DNA from: Gilvibacter sp.
GTDB lineage: Bacteria > Bacteroidota > Bacteroidia > Flavobacteriales > Flavobacteriaceae
Reading direction: 5' to 3'
Assembly (NCBI GenBank): GCA_965277295.1
Contig: OZ255720.1
Location: 215,376 to 279,375 of the forward strand
Length of the DNA: 64,000 bases
The position numbers and the translations under genes were made by a program. Each line of letters opens with the position of its first letter. Position 1 is the first letter of the stretch. Below the pieces are notes generated by a model that had not been told where the DNA came from, did not search any database, and saw nothing but the letters and a program-made list of their open reading frames with translations. Positions 22,600 through 32,619 of this stretch are shown one piece after another.

Positions 22600-22725
22600 G
22601 TACAATTGGCTATAGATTGTAAAAATAATAAAGTATTTTTGTCTTTAGGCTTGACAATACAATATGTATGCAAAAAACTAGTTTAAATAGCTGTAAAATC
22701 AAGCTTTTGCTATAAAAAATACCGC

Positions 22726-23796
22726 TTGAAAAAGAACCTTTTTTTAGTATTACTTTTAAGTTCTGCGATGGCCTTAAGCCAAACCACGCGTAAGTACTCC
22801 AATGAATTTATGAATATTGGTGTAGATGCGGCCTCTTTTGGTATGGCAAATGCTGTTACAGCCTCTACCGGTAATGTAAATTCAGGATACTGGAACCCAG
22901 CAGGTTTGGTAAATCTAGAAGATAATCAGCTTGCGCTTATGCATGCCTCTTATTTTGCAAATATTGCCAATTACGATTATGGAGCCTTTGCGATGCCGCT
23001 AGATAAAGAATCGGCAATAGCGTTGTCTATAATTCGCTTTGGTGTTGACGATATTCTAAACACCACCCAGTTAATAGACGATCAAGGAAACATTGATTAT
23101 AACCGAATTAGTTTATTTTCTACTGCCGATTACGGGATTACCTTTAGCTACGCCAGACGTTTACCTCTGGATGGTTTAAACATTGGAGTAAATGCAAAAG
23201 TAATTCGCAGAATTATTGGAGATTTTGCCAATTCTTGGGGTTTTGGATTAGATGTAGGAATCCAGTTTGAATCTAAATCGAATTGGAAGTTTGGTTTAAT
23301 GGCGAGAGACATAACGACCACTTTTAATGCTTGGAGTATAGACGACGAACAATTCGCTACCATTAGCGACGCCGTTGAAGGGCAAAACCAGGAATTGCCA
23401 GAAACAACAGAATTAACCTTACCCAAGCTACAATTGGGTATGGCCAAAAAATTTGTTTTTCATTACGATTACACCCTTCTGGCAGAAGTAGATTTAAACT
23501 TTAGATTTGCCCAAACCAACGATATTATTTCGAGTGACTTTGCCAGTATTACACCCGCTGCTGGTTTAGAATTTGGATATATAGATTTAGTATTTGTTAG
23601 AGCAGGTGTTGGTAATTTCCAGAACATCCAACAGTTGGACGGAACAGAAAACGTAGGCTTTCAACCAAATATAGGAGTTGGCTTTAAATACAAAGGAATT
23701 CAGCTAGATTATGCCCTTACAGATATAGGTGACCAAAGCGCAGCCTTATATTCAAATGTTTTTTCGCTTACCATTGATTGGGACCTTTTTAGATAG
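22726..23796 (+). CDS. PorV/PorQ-family outer-membrane barrel (T9SS PorV-like paralogue)
   Basis: Signal peptide; EF.NIGV.A...GM.NA, YWNPAGL, G.GLD.G, C-terminal aromatic; FadL/PorV fold. Confidence 0.8.
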   Translation: MKKNLFLVLLLSSAMALSQTTRKYSNEFMNIGVDAASFGMANAVTASTGNVNSGYWNPAGLVNLEDNQLALMHASYFANIANYDYGAFAMPLDKESAIALSIIRFGVDDILNTTQLIDDQGNIDYNRISLFSTADYGITFSYARRLPLDGLNIGVNAKVIRRIIGDFANSWGFGLDVGIQFESKSNWKFGLMARDITTTFNAWSIDDEQFATISDAVEGQNQELPETTELTLPKLQLGMAKKFVFHYDYTLLAEVDLNFRFAQTNDIISSDFASITPAAGLEFGYIDLVFVRAGVGNFQNIQQLDGTENVGFQPNIGVGFKYKGIQLDYALTDIGDQSAALYSNVFSLTIDWDLFR

Positions 23797-23813
23797 TAAC
23801 TTGCCTTAGGCTT

Positions 23814-24989
23814 ATGATTAAAAAAATACTCTTTACATTACTTCTTTGTTGTTCTGCACTTGGTACCGCCCAGCAAATAAACTTGTCGGGGCAAGCCAAA
23901 ATTACGGTGCTCACCATGGGCCCAGGACAAGAGCTTTACGATTCTTTTGGACATAGCGCTTTGCGAGTACAGGACACTCCATTAGGAATAGATGTGGTTT
24001 ACAACTATGGTGTTTACGACTTTAACGATCCACAATTCTACACCAAGTTTGCAAAAGGAAACATGCGTTATCTATTAGATCGCAGACCTACTGAAGCATT
24101 TTTAAGAGCCTATATAGAAGATAATCGATGGGTTAAAGAACAGGTTTTAAATTTAACACAAAGCGAAGTTCAAGATTTATTTAATTTTCTGGAAAACAAC
24201 TTAAAACCAGAAAACAGAGCTTATAATTACGATTTCTTTTACGATAATTGCGCCACAAAAATCCCGGAAGTAATTGGGAAAGTTATCCCTGGAGGAATTC
24301 AAATTGATTCGACCTATATAAAAGAACCCAAAACCTTTAGAACTTTAATACAAGAAAACGTACACTGGAATACCTGGGGAAGTTTTGGAATGGATTTAGG
24401 AATTGGGTCGGTTGTAGATAGAAATACCACTCCTAAAGAACGCTTGTTTTTACCAGAGAATGTGTTTCTGGCTTTTAAAAAATCGACCAGAACATCAGTA
24501 AACGACTCTAATTTACTGGTAAAAGAAACCAAAGATCTATTTGTAAATAACCCGCAAGCTCCCAAAAGCAACTTTATAAAAAGCCCACTTTTGGTCATGA
24601 TTTTACTTGGTGGTTTTATCCTGTTTATTACCTATTCAGACTCCAAAAAACAACAACGTTCGCGCTGGCTAGACGTAAGTTTGGCAGTCATTACAGGAGT
24701 TATTGGAATAATCTTATTACTACTTTGGTTTGGAACAAATCATAGTACCACAGCCTACAATTACAACATATTGTGGGCGTTTCCCTTTAGTATTTTTATA
24801 GTGCTGCAATTAGCAAAGCACGAGCCAAAACGTTGGGTGCAAGGGTTTATTAAATTCCTTTTAATTATGCTAGCGCTGTTATGTATGCATTGGATAATAG
24901 GCGTACAAGGCTTCGCGTTTGCCCTAATACCACTGCTTATAGCGCTGACTATTAGGTATGTTTATGTACTACGGTTTATAAAGCAATAA
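23814..24989 (+). CDS. DUF4105 / Lnb-type lipoprotein N-acyltransferase
   Basis: FGHSALRV, YNYG.YDF, YDFFYDNCAT, C-terminal TM helices. Confidence 0.8.
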   Translation: MIKKILFTLLLCCSALGTAQQINLSGQAKITVLTMGPGQELYDSFGHSALRVQDTPLGIDVVYNYGVYDFNDPQFYTKFAKGNMRYLLDRRPTEAFLRAYIEDNRWVKEQVLNLTQSEVQDLFNFLENNLKPENRAYNYDFFYDNCATKIPEVIGKVIPGGIQIDSTYIKEPKTFRTLIQENVHWNTWGSFGMDLGIGSVVDRNTTPKERLFLPENVFLAFKKSTRTSVNDSNLLVKETKDLFVNNPQAPKSNFIKSPLLVMILLGGFILFITYSDSKKQQRSRWLDVSLAVITGVIGIILLLLWFGTNHSTTAYNYNILWAFPFSIFIVLQLAKHEPKRWVQGFIKFLLIMLALLCMHWIIGVQGFAFALIPLLIALTIRYVYVLRFIKQ

Positions 24990-24994
24990 AGCTA

Positions 24995-26389
24995 TTACTG
25001 TCCCCGATAAAAGATAATAGTACTTAACGTCTTTATTACAATACTTATATCTAAGAACAAGCTTCGACGCTTAATGTAGTACAAATCGTATTGTAATTTT
25101 TCTAAAGCATCTGCATGGGTAACACCGTATTTAGCATTCACTTGAGCCCATCCGGTAACTCCTGGTTTTACAATATGACGAATTTCGTAAAACGGAATAA
25201 TATCGGATAGTTCTTTTACAAATACAGGGCGCTCAGGTCGTGGCCCGATAACGCTCATTTCTCCACGAATAACATTTAAAAACTGTGGTACTTCGTCGAA
25301 TCTAGATTTTCGTAAAAATCTTCCAAATTTAGTGATGCGAACATCTTTGGCCTCGGCGTATTGTGCCCCGTGTTTTTCGGCATCTACTACCATGCTGCGC
25401 AGCTTAATAATTTTAAAAACCTTTCCATTTCGACCAACACGCTCTTGGGTATAAAAAATCGGGCCTCTGTTTCCTATTAGGTTTCCTATTAAAATAATGG
25501 GAGAAATTAGCACCCCAAAAATTAAACCGATTACAGAAAACAACAAGTCTAAAATGCGATGAAAAAACAAATACAATTTGTTTTGATTACTACGACTAAA
25601 AGGGAAATAGCGGTAAAAGTCTCTATCTACATGCTGCACCGGAACTCTTTTAGTTAGCTCTTCGTACACTTGAGTATATTCTCTAATCTGGAACCCAGAT
25701 TCTACTAAATCTAATAATTGATTATACATACCACGGCGAATACCCTTGGCAGAAGGTGACGACACGACAATCTCCGAAACAAAATAATCGGCAATAGTTT
25801 GCTTTAAATCTTTGCCATCGTATTCTTCTAAATTACCAATTTCGAGAGGTTTATAAGCTCTGGATTCTGTGTTTACAAATCCTATTACTTTATAGTTTGG
25901 ATCGGCTTTGTGCAACACAGATGCAATTAATTCTACTTCTGATCCCTCTCCTATTATAAGCACGCGTTTAAAAAAACGGGGGGTTGCAATAAGACTTATA
26001 TAGGCATACCGCCATAAAAATAGTGAAACGTTAATAGCGAGATAGAAATACACAATTTGTATCCTATTTTCGGGTAATTCCGGGCTAAAAAAGGGCGTTA
26101 ATAAATAAAACAGAACGGTAACAGAAGAGGTGAGTATTATATTCTTTACAACCACTTCGAAGTTACTGGCCTTTTGCAGGTCGTAGAGTTCAAAAATAGT
26201 AGCAAAAACCATTAAATAAACCCCTAACAAAATAGACCAAACCCAATGCGTCGAATTTATTTTAAAATAATCGAAGTCAAAAACCAATCCAACTCCATAC
26301 AAAACAGAAAGTACACAGAACACATCCAGAATGCGCAGCAGTACCTTTCGCTCAGAAATGTCGAAGTGAATATTAGATTTTTGATTCAT
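24995..26389 (-). CDS. Initiating polyprenyl phosphoglycosyltransferase (WcaJ/WbaP-like)
   Basis: N-terminal TMs, Rossmann-like domain, K.RSM, D.RIT..G..LRK.R.DE.PQ..NV..G.MS.IGPRPE, KPG.TGWAQV. Confidence 0.95.
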   Translation of the reverse strand: MNQKSNIHFDISERKVLLRILDVFCVLSVLYGVGLVFDFDYFKINSTHWVWSILLGVYLMVFATIFELYDLQKASNFEVVVKNIILTSSVTVLFYLLTPFFSPELPENRIQIVYFYLAINVSLFLWRYAYISLIATPRFFKRVLIIGEGSEVELIASVLHKADPNYKVIGFVNTESRAYKPLEIGNLEEYDGKDLKQTIADYFVSEIVVSSPSAKGIRRGMYNQLLDLVESGFQIREYTQVYEELTKRVPVQHVDRDFYRYFPFSRSNQNKLYLFFHRILDLLFSVIGLIFGVLISPIILIGNLIGNRGPIFYTQERVGRNGKVFKIIKLRSMVVDAEKHGAQYAEAKDVRITKFGRFLRKSRFDEVPQFLNVIRGEMSVIGPRPERPVFVKELSDIIPFYEIRHIVKPGVTGWAQVNAKYGVTHADALEKLQYDLYYIKRRSLFLDISIVIKTLSTIIFYRGQ

Positions 26390-26423
26390 GTTCAGGGGCT
26401 GAATGTGGAATAAAAATAAGAAT

Positions 26424-27437
26424 CTATTTCAAAACAGCCTCCCACAATGGAAGAACCTTTAACCAATCAAAGCTATTTGCCTTTGCCTGGGCGTTTTTAC
26501 ACAATGTATTTGCCATAGTTGAATCTGTAAGTAATTTCGCAATAGCTTGTGCCATAGCTTTTGGATTATTGTTCGCCACCAAGATACCATCTTTATTGTT
26601 GTTAATTAAATAAGGCATTCCGCCCACATTGGTAGACACAATAGGTAATCCTAGAGCCATTGCTTCGATTACACTTAAAGGTGTGTTATCAAAATTGGCC
26701 GTATTTATAAAAATAGCGTAATCGGCTGCCAAAGTCGTCCATTCTTCTCTGGTTAATTTTCCTTTAAATTGTATATCTACATCACTAATTCTTGCCAATT
26801 CCCGACATGCTTTTAGGCTTGAATCAACTTCTGGACCTGCCATACACAAACTTACATTAGGTACAATTTTACTTAATTCGATTGCTGTATGTACTGCCAT
26901 TAACGGATTATAGATAGACACAAACGAACGTACCCACAGCAAGTTTGGTTGCAATTTAGTGCGCTCTTTAAATTTAAATTGTTCTAGGCTAATCGCATTA
27001 GGAATACAGGCTATATTACTAAAACCGGCCTTGTTAAATTGTTCTTGCAAATATGCAGAGGGGCTAATGTTTATTTTTGAACCATTAAAAAAAGACTTCG
27101 ACAGTCTTGGGCTTTTTTTAAGTCTATTGGGTAAGTTACCTCCGTGCAAGATAGGAATGTAATCGAGCTTAAGTTTTCTGCACAACCAACCCACTGCAAT
27201 TGCGTAATAAAAATTTTGTGTACTATAGGTATCTATTAAAACATAGTCGAGCGCTTTACGCTCACTCCATACCGTTTTAAGCATGTCTAAGATTCGTGCA
27301 ACTTTATTGGTTTTTCCAGACGCCAATGTAAGGCTGTATCCAGTTTGGGAAAGCTTTTTCGCCAAGGCTTGCATATAAGTAGGATTGGTATCCTTACGCC
27401 TTAAATTGTTTCCTATGTAAACTAGGTTTTTTTTCAT
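26424..27437 (-). CDS. GT4 glycosyltransferase
   Basis: DNTPLSVIEAMALGLP..STNVGG. Confidence 0.9.
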   Translation of the reverse strand: MKKNLVYIGNNLRRKDTNPTYMQALAKKLSQTGYSLTLASGKTNKVARILDMLKTVWSERKALDYVLIDTYSTQNFYYAIAVGWLCRKLKLDYIPILHGGNLPNRLKKSPRLSKSFFNGSKINISPSAYLQEQFNKAGFSNIACIPNAISLEQFKFKERTKLQPNLLWVRSFVSIYNPLMAVHTAIELSKIVPNVSLCMAGPEVDSSLKACRELARISDVDIQFKGKLTREEWTTLAADYAIFINTANFDNTPLSVIEAMALGLPIVSTNVGGMPYLINNNKDGILVANNNPKAMAQAIAKLLTDSTMANTLCKNAQAKANSFDWLKVLPLWEAVLK

Positions 27438-28761
27438 TTATAACAAATAAAAGGCACAAGCCGTAAATAAATGCAGGTGCGGCCAAGCGCATTGATGAAT
27501 GGTTTATGGTTAAAAACCAAAAGGCAAACAAGGCCATCAAATACGGGTTATGTCGTTGCCTAAGCCAATAAAATAACGGAGTAAAAAACAATAGTATTAA
27601 AGCCGAAAGTCCCAAAATACCGTGTTCAGATAGCAAACGGCTTACTTCGTTATGGGTTGCCGCCAAAGTGCCTGTGCGTTCGTACCTAAATTCCTTAATC
27701 TTACCCACGCCAATACCAGTAACTGGTGCCTCGTAAAAGGCTTCGAGTTCTCCCGAAATTAATTCAGATCTACCCGTTGTAATATCTTGTTTTAAACGTC
27801 CGGCAGCATCCCTATTACTGTAGCGTTTATCTATTAATCCCGTGGTTTGTATACTGGTAAATCCCCAAGTAAGCACAAGCCCCACAACTACAATTAATAT
27901 TTTAGGAAACAGGCGGGCCTTCATCCTAAAACTAGAGGTCCAATATAAAAATAGAATAAAAGTTATAGCACAAATAGCCGCCGTAAGTACTCCTCCACGC
28001 GAGAAGGTTACGATTGCCCGATAGCTCATAAAAAATAATAAGACCAAATCGATTATATTAATAAACCTACTGCTTATAGTAAACAGTCTAGTAATTAATA
28101 TAAACATGCCTAAACCTAAAATAGTGGCTACTTGATTAGGGCCAAAGCCTCCTGAGGTTCTAAAGTTAGATTCGGTTCCGTTTAAGGCATCTTTTATATC
28201 TGGAGTGTACAAATACAAAAACACCATGGTGGTTACTATAGGTAATAAAATTGCCAACAAAATATGTTGTAATTGAGTTCTTGTAACGCGTCTATGGTAC
28301 ATATATATAGCAGCAATCCCCAAGCAAAAAGGGCCGCTTAAATTAAAGATTACCGCCGTTCTAAAGTTGGTTTCGTAGTTTAGATTTATTGCCGAAAAGA
28401 TGATTCCTGGCACCAGAGCAAACAAATATCCCCAAAATGGGATAGATTTTAGTGAAGTACCGCGATAGACCATACCAAGCAGCAAGAAGAATATTACGGC
28501 ATACTTACCTGTTTCGTAAAAAAGCACACCTCCAGTCATTCTATAGAACACCTCAGCCCCCGTAAAATAGGCTGCCGCAATTAGAACTTCGTTATTTTTA
28601 TTACCCTTGGCCAGTACATATACTAAAAAGATTCCCAAGCTTGCCAAAAGTATAAGGGTAGAACTAGGTCTAAATAAATACACACTAAAAGCAATAGCCA
28701 CGTGCAACAAAATTAATTGTACGTAGGTAACTTTTTTAATTGGTTTTAGAACCTGCCTCAT
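27394..28761 (-). CDS. O-antigen ligase/polymerase-family membrane protein (WaaL-like)
   Basis: About 12 TMs; T.SRGG, GIG.G, THN...LL.E.GI.G (PF04932-type) motifs. Confidence 0.8.
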   Translation of the reverse strand: MRQVLKPIKKVTYVQLILLHVAIAFSVYLFRPSSTLILLASLGIFLVYVLAKGNKNNEVLIAAAYFTGAEVFYRMTGGVLFYETGKYAVIFFLLLGMVYRGTSLKSIPFWGYLFALVPGIIFSAINLNYETNFRTAVIFNLSGPFCLGIAAIYMYHRRVTRTQLQHILLAILLPIVTTMVFLYLYTPDIKDALNGTESNFRTSGGFGPNQVATILGLGMFILITRLFTISSRFINIIDLVLLFFMSYRAIVTFSRGGVLTAAICAITFILFLYWTSSFRMKARLFPKILIVVVGLVLTWGFTSIQTTGLIDKRYSNRDAAGRLKQDITTGRSELISGELEAFYEAPVTGIGVGKIKEFRYERTGTLAATHNEVSRLLSEHGILGLSALILLFFTPLFYWLRQRHNPYLMALFAFWFLTINHSSMRLAAPAFIYGLCLLFVINEKKPSLHRKQFKA

Positions 28762-29815
28762 AGATGTTTAGCAATTTAGGAATAATACTTTGGATGCTAT
28801 ACTCTTGTTCTATGTGATTTTGATATGCATTAACCATTTTTTTACGCACCTCTGCATTGTTTAGATAATAGGTTATAGCTTTTGTAATCGCCTTGGGTTC
28901 GTTAGCCGGAATTACTACCCCATTAGGGCCAATTACTTGTGAACATTGTCCTACATCTGTCGTAATAACAGCCAAACCAGCCATACCGTATTCTAGCAGT
29001 GCCATTGGCAGTCCCTCTGAATTTGAAGACAACACCCCGATATCGCATTGTAATAATATACCATAAACGTCTTGGATTGGTCCGTGTAAGGTAATCGCCG
29101 CACCTAGGTTTAAGGCTTCAATTCTACTTATAACCGATTTATAATAAGCGTCTTCCCAATACATGCCAACTAAATGCAGATGCAATTCTTTATCCTGAGC
29201 ATAACTGGCGGCAAAACCACTAAGTAAATTTAAGTGATCTTTTTGTTCCCTAAAATTTGCCAAATGGACAATACGTTTGCCTTTAACTCCTGCAAGTATG
29301 GGAAACGTTCTGTTTGATTCTGGTTTAGGAATGGCGTTTTTTAAAAATACTACCCGTTGGCATAGTAAAGTGGTGTTGGCCCAAGTTTGTAAAAGTTCGT
29401 TTACGGTTATAATTGTGCTAAACTTTTTTGAACACCATTTTAGCATTTTAACAGGACGAAGCTTCAACATTTCGCTTTTCCCGTAGTGATCATGCCAAAT
29501 TAATTTGCAGTTTGGCAAATAAAACATAGCCATTCTAGCAATAAAATAAGACGAACTATGGGCGTGAATATGACTAACAGCATTGCTTTTACAAAATCTA
29601 ACAAGGCGTTTAATTGCTTTAAAATCAAGTGTTTTTGTACGTTCTAAAAACAAATATGTTACTCGAGTGTCCAACTTTTGTTTTAATAAACCTTCTGCTC
29701 GGGTTGTGCATAAAAAAGAGTCAGCATTTGTATCTAGTAACGCATTGGCATAACTCACAGCTACGGTTTCGGCTCCTCCGGGGTTTAATGAATCTATTAG
29801 CTGCAGTACCTTCAT
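28736..29815 (-). CDS. GT4 glycosyltransferase
   Basis: LIDSL.PGGAE, SSNSEGLPMALLEY. Confidence 0.9.
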   Translation of the reverse strand: MKVLQLIDSLNPGGAETVAVSYANALLDTNADSFLCTTRAEGLLKQKLDTRVTYLFLERTKTLDFKAIKRLVRFCKSNAVSHIHAHSSSYFIARMAMFYLPNCKLIWHDHYGKSEMLKLRPVKMLKWCSKKFSTIITVNELLQTWANTTLLCQRVVFLKNAIPKPESNRTFPILAGVKGKRIVHLANFREQKDHLNLLSGFAASYAQDKELHLHLVGMYWEDAYYKSVISRIEALNLGAAITLHGPIQDVYGILLQCDIGVLSSNSEGLPMALLEYGMAGLAVITTDVGQCSQVIGPNGVVIPANEPKAITKAITYYLNNAEVRKKMVNAYQNHIEQEYSIQSIIPKLLNIYEAGSKTN

Positions 29816-30921
29816 AGCTCCAACATGTTTTGTATACTCTGGTCGAATTTATCTAAGGTATACCCCCTTGACCATTCGGCTGCATTTTCCGACATTTGCT
29901 GTAAAGTATCAGGTTGCTTTAATGCGGCATCAAGTTGTTGAGCATCTGTAGATAAATCAAGTAAAAGACCACGTTTACCACGATCTAGCATCCAAGGCAC
30001 GCAGGAAATTAAGGTCGCCATTGGAATACAGCCCCAAAACATGGCTTCTGCAACAGCCTTTGGCCAACCTTCTGATTTAGAAGGTAATATTAAAAAGTGC
30101 GCCTTTTTATAAGCTTCTTTTACCACAGCTTTAGGTTGGTTGCCCAAAAGGCGTACATAGCTAGCACAGTGCTGTTGTGATAGCTGCATTTCTAGCGCTT
30201 CTCGCATAACCCCATCGCCGTAAAAGTCAAGTTTAATAGCTATTCCCATCTCGTGTAATTGCTTTATTAAATTCAATGCATAAAGCGGTCTTTTTCCGGG
30301 ACTTAAACTGCCAACAAATAAAACCGATATGGCTGCGGAATAATCTCGTTTTACTATAGGTTCAATTTCACTCTTGGTATAAGAGGCAGTAAAAAATGGG
30401 ACTATGTTTCTAGACTGATTAGGCCAATCTCCATAAACCAACACCTTTATTTTTCTAGTTAAAAAACTATTACTTAGCAACCATTTTTGAAACTTATAAC
30501 TAATTGGTTGTCTTGCATTTGGATCCCAGTTTCCCGCATATTTAGCCGTTTTTGGAATCCATGGAAACAAAATTTGCATATAACATGCCAGTAAACTGGT
30601 ATTACCTGGACAGCGCACATGAATATGATCTGCTTTTGCCATAGCGACAAGTAACTTTATTTTAGTCACCGCAGTCCCCCAAATAGATTTTACGAACCCT
30701 ATCGGAGAGCCAAAATGCAATGGGGGTACACTAATTACGTGTAAGTCTTGTCTTTTAAATGCAGCTGTTAATAGCGGTTTGTTATATATAGTTGGCGCTA
30801 AAATGGTAATTTTTTTGGGCTGCTCAAACCAAAGATCTAATTCGGCAACCATAGGTGCGTAGGCACAAATTTCCTGATTAGAAGTTAAAATAGGCGCTGT
30901 GCTTACTACTAGTAGATTCAT
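29812..30921 (-). CDS. GT4 glycosyltransferase
   Basis: PSKSEGWPKAVAEAM. Confidence 0.9.
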   Translation of the reverse strand: MNLLVVSTAPILTSNQEICAYAPMVAELDLWFEQPKKITILAPTIYNKPLLTAAFKRQDLHVISVPPLHFGSPIGFVKSIWGTAVTKIKLLVAMAKADHIHVRCPGNTSLLACYMQILFPWIPKTAKYAGNWDPNARQPISYKFQKWLLSNSFLTRKIKVLVYGDWPNQSRNIVPFFTASYTKSEIEPIVKRDYSAAISVLFVGSLSPGKRPLYALNLIKQLHEMGIAIKLDFYGDGVMREALEMQLSQQHCASYVRLLGNQPKAVVKEAYKKAHFLILPSKSEGWPKAVAEAMFWGCIPMATLISCVPWMLDRGKRGLLLDLSTDAQQLDAALKQPDTLQQMSENAAEWSRGYTLDKFDQSIQNMLEL

Positions 30922-31469
30922 AATATATAATCGCTAGAATCGTTATCGCTTACTTTTTGTGCAGGAACACCTACTACAGTTGTTCCTGGAGCTACATTAT
31001 TAGTAACTAAAGAGCAGGCACCTATTACAGCATTATCGCCTATAGTTATTTTACCAGCCACAACAGCATTTGCGCCCAAATAAACACGATCTCCAATTAC
31101 AGGTACTCCACGGGAGTCACCACGACCGCTAACGCCAATTGTAACTCCTTGCGAAATATTACAATCCGAACCAATTACTGCATTGGCATTCACTATTATC
31201 CCTCCAAAGTGCCCAATATAAAATCCAGGACCAATTTGTGCAGCATACGGTAAAGAAATTCCAGTAAAAACTTCTATCCATTTTTGCCCAAATAGGCCAA
31301 AAAATAATAGAATGCGCTTAAAAATACGTGGAATTTTAGCATTGTAAATTGCATTATTTGTTCGGTAGACACTTAAGGCCCACAAACCTTGTTGGGTAAA
31401 CAGCAGTATTAAACTACTCTTTTTAGAATAGCGTTTGTACTTTTTAATATCGGCCTTAAAATGCCCCAT
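30918..31469 (-). CDS. Hexapeptide-repeat acetyltransferase (WcaB/CysE-like, probably glycan O-acetyltransferase)
   Basis: IG.G.YIGH.GGI, P.IGD.V..GANA, IG..SLV, VG.PA. Confidence 0.85.
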   Translation of the reverse strand: MGHFKADIKKYKRYSKKSSLILLFTQQGLWALSVYRTNNAIYNAKIPRIFKRILLFFGLFGQKWIEVFTGISLPYAAQIGPGFYIGHFGGIIVNANAVIGSDCNISQGVTIGVSGRGDSRGVPVIGDRVYLGANAVVAGKITIGDNAVIGACSLVTNNVAPGTTVVGVPAQKVSDNDSSDYIL

Positions 31470-31477
31470 AAACTTAA

Positions 31478-32614
31478 TTAAAGTGACCTGTAAAAATCTA
31501 AATTTTGTGCAACAATCTTATCTAAATCATACTTTGCAATAACATCTTTTCTAGCCCGCTTTCCCATTGCATTTGCCTCTTGCTCGTTTTCTATTATCCA
31601 TAGTATTTGTTTTGCGATATCTTCTGGATTGTACACATCGCATAGCAATCCATTATCGCCGTGAGTTATTGTTTCTGGACCTGGTCCGTATTTAGAAAAC
31701 ACAACAGGGCGTTCTAGTAGCATGGCTTCTAAAGATACTAAACCTTGAGTTTCCATATGCGACGGAAACACACAAACCGCAGCCTGAGCGTAAAGCATAT
31801 CTAATTCTGCCCGAGGAACAACTCCCTTAAAACTAACCTGAGTAAAATACTGGGCATCCAAATCTTTTTTAATTTGTTCTATATAAGAACGCCCATCGGG
31901 ATAAAACCAGTCCCTTCCATAAATATCTAAACATACCTCTGGATATTTTTGGCGAACAATTTTAAATCCTTGAATTAATTGACGCACTCCCTTTTTCTCG
32001 CAGACCGTACCAGCAAATAATATGCTATTTGCATCTACGTGAACCTTTGGTACTGTCACCCCTGTATTCATGGGATAGTTAATAATAGTAAGTTTAGCAT
32101 TACCATAACTTAAATACTTAGCCGTATGCTCCTTAACGTAATTAGTAACTGCTATAAAGCCGTCTGCTTTTTTAAACGATCGCTTTTCTAAGAACCCCTT
32201 ACGCCAATTAATTCCGCGTTGCTCTGCTTCCGAAAAAAAATGATGTCCGCCATGCAAACGAATAACTCGTTTTGCAGTGTGAGATCCAGATAATAAAGCC
32301 AAGCCAAGTTCAGAAGCTTCTATTATGTTAATTGGATGTTCTTTATTAAGTTGCTTTAATTTTTTATTGATTTGCCTGGCATTATGCATAAAATTTGGCA
32401 GTTTACTTTTATTTTTTGCCAACCTATACAAGCCAACGCCTTGATCTTCTAAAACCTGTTCTTGCAAATCGGTACCCGGCCCAACCACGCTTACTTTATG
32501 GCCACGACTAACCAATGCTCGCCCAAAGGTTTGAATAAAAGTTCCTACGCCACCCGATGCCCAAACTGGGTATTCCGGAGATAAAAAAACAATATGTAAT
32601 GCGCTATTACTCAT
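31478..32614 (-). CDS. GT4 glycosyltransferase
   Basis: GGVGT N-terminus; FPSHMETQGLVSLEAM. Confidence 0.9.
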   Translation of the reverse strand: MSNSALHIVFLSPEYPVWASGGVGTFIQTFGRALVSRGHKVSVVGPGTDLQEQVLEDQGVGLYRLAKNKSKLPNFMHNARQINKKLKQLNKEHPINIIEASELGLALLSGSHTAKRVIRLHGGHHFFSEAEQRGINWRKGFLEKRSFKKADGFIAVTNYVKEHTAKYLSYGNAKLTIINYPMNTGVTVPKVHVDANSILFAGTVCEKKGVRQLIQGFKIVRQKYPEVCLDIYGRDWFYPDGRSYIEQIKKDLDAQYFTQVSFKGVVPRAELDMLYAQAAVCVFPSHMETQGLVSLEAMLLERPVVFSKYGPGPETITHGDNGLLCDVYNPEDIAKQILWIIENEQEANAMGKRARKDVIAKYDLDKIVAQNLDFYRSL

Positions 32615-32619
32615 CTAAA

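Noticed and set aside
1-24989. Core gene blocks as a novel system
   Set aside because: Gene content and order (yajC-nusB-Leu dehydrogenase, recQ-kdsD-tatC-lptB) are typical of Flavobacteriaceae.
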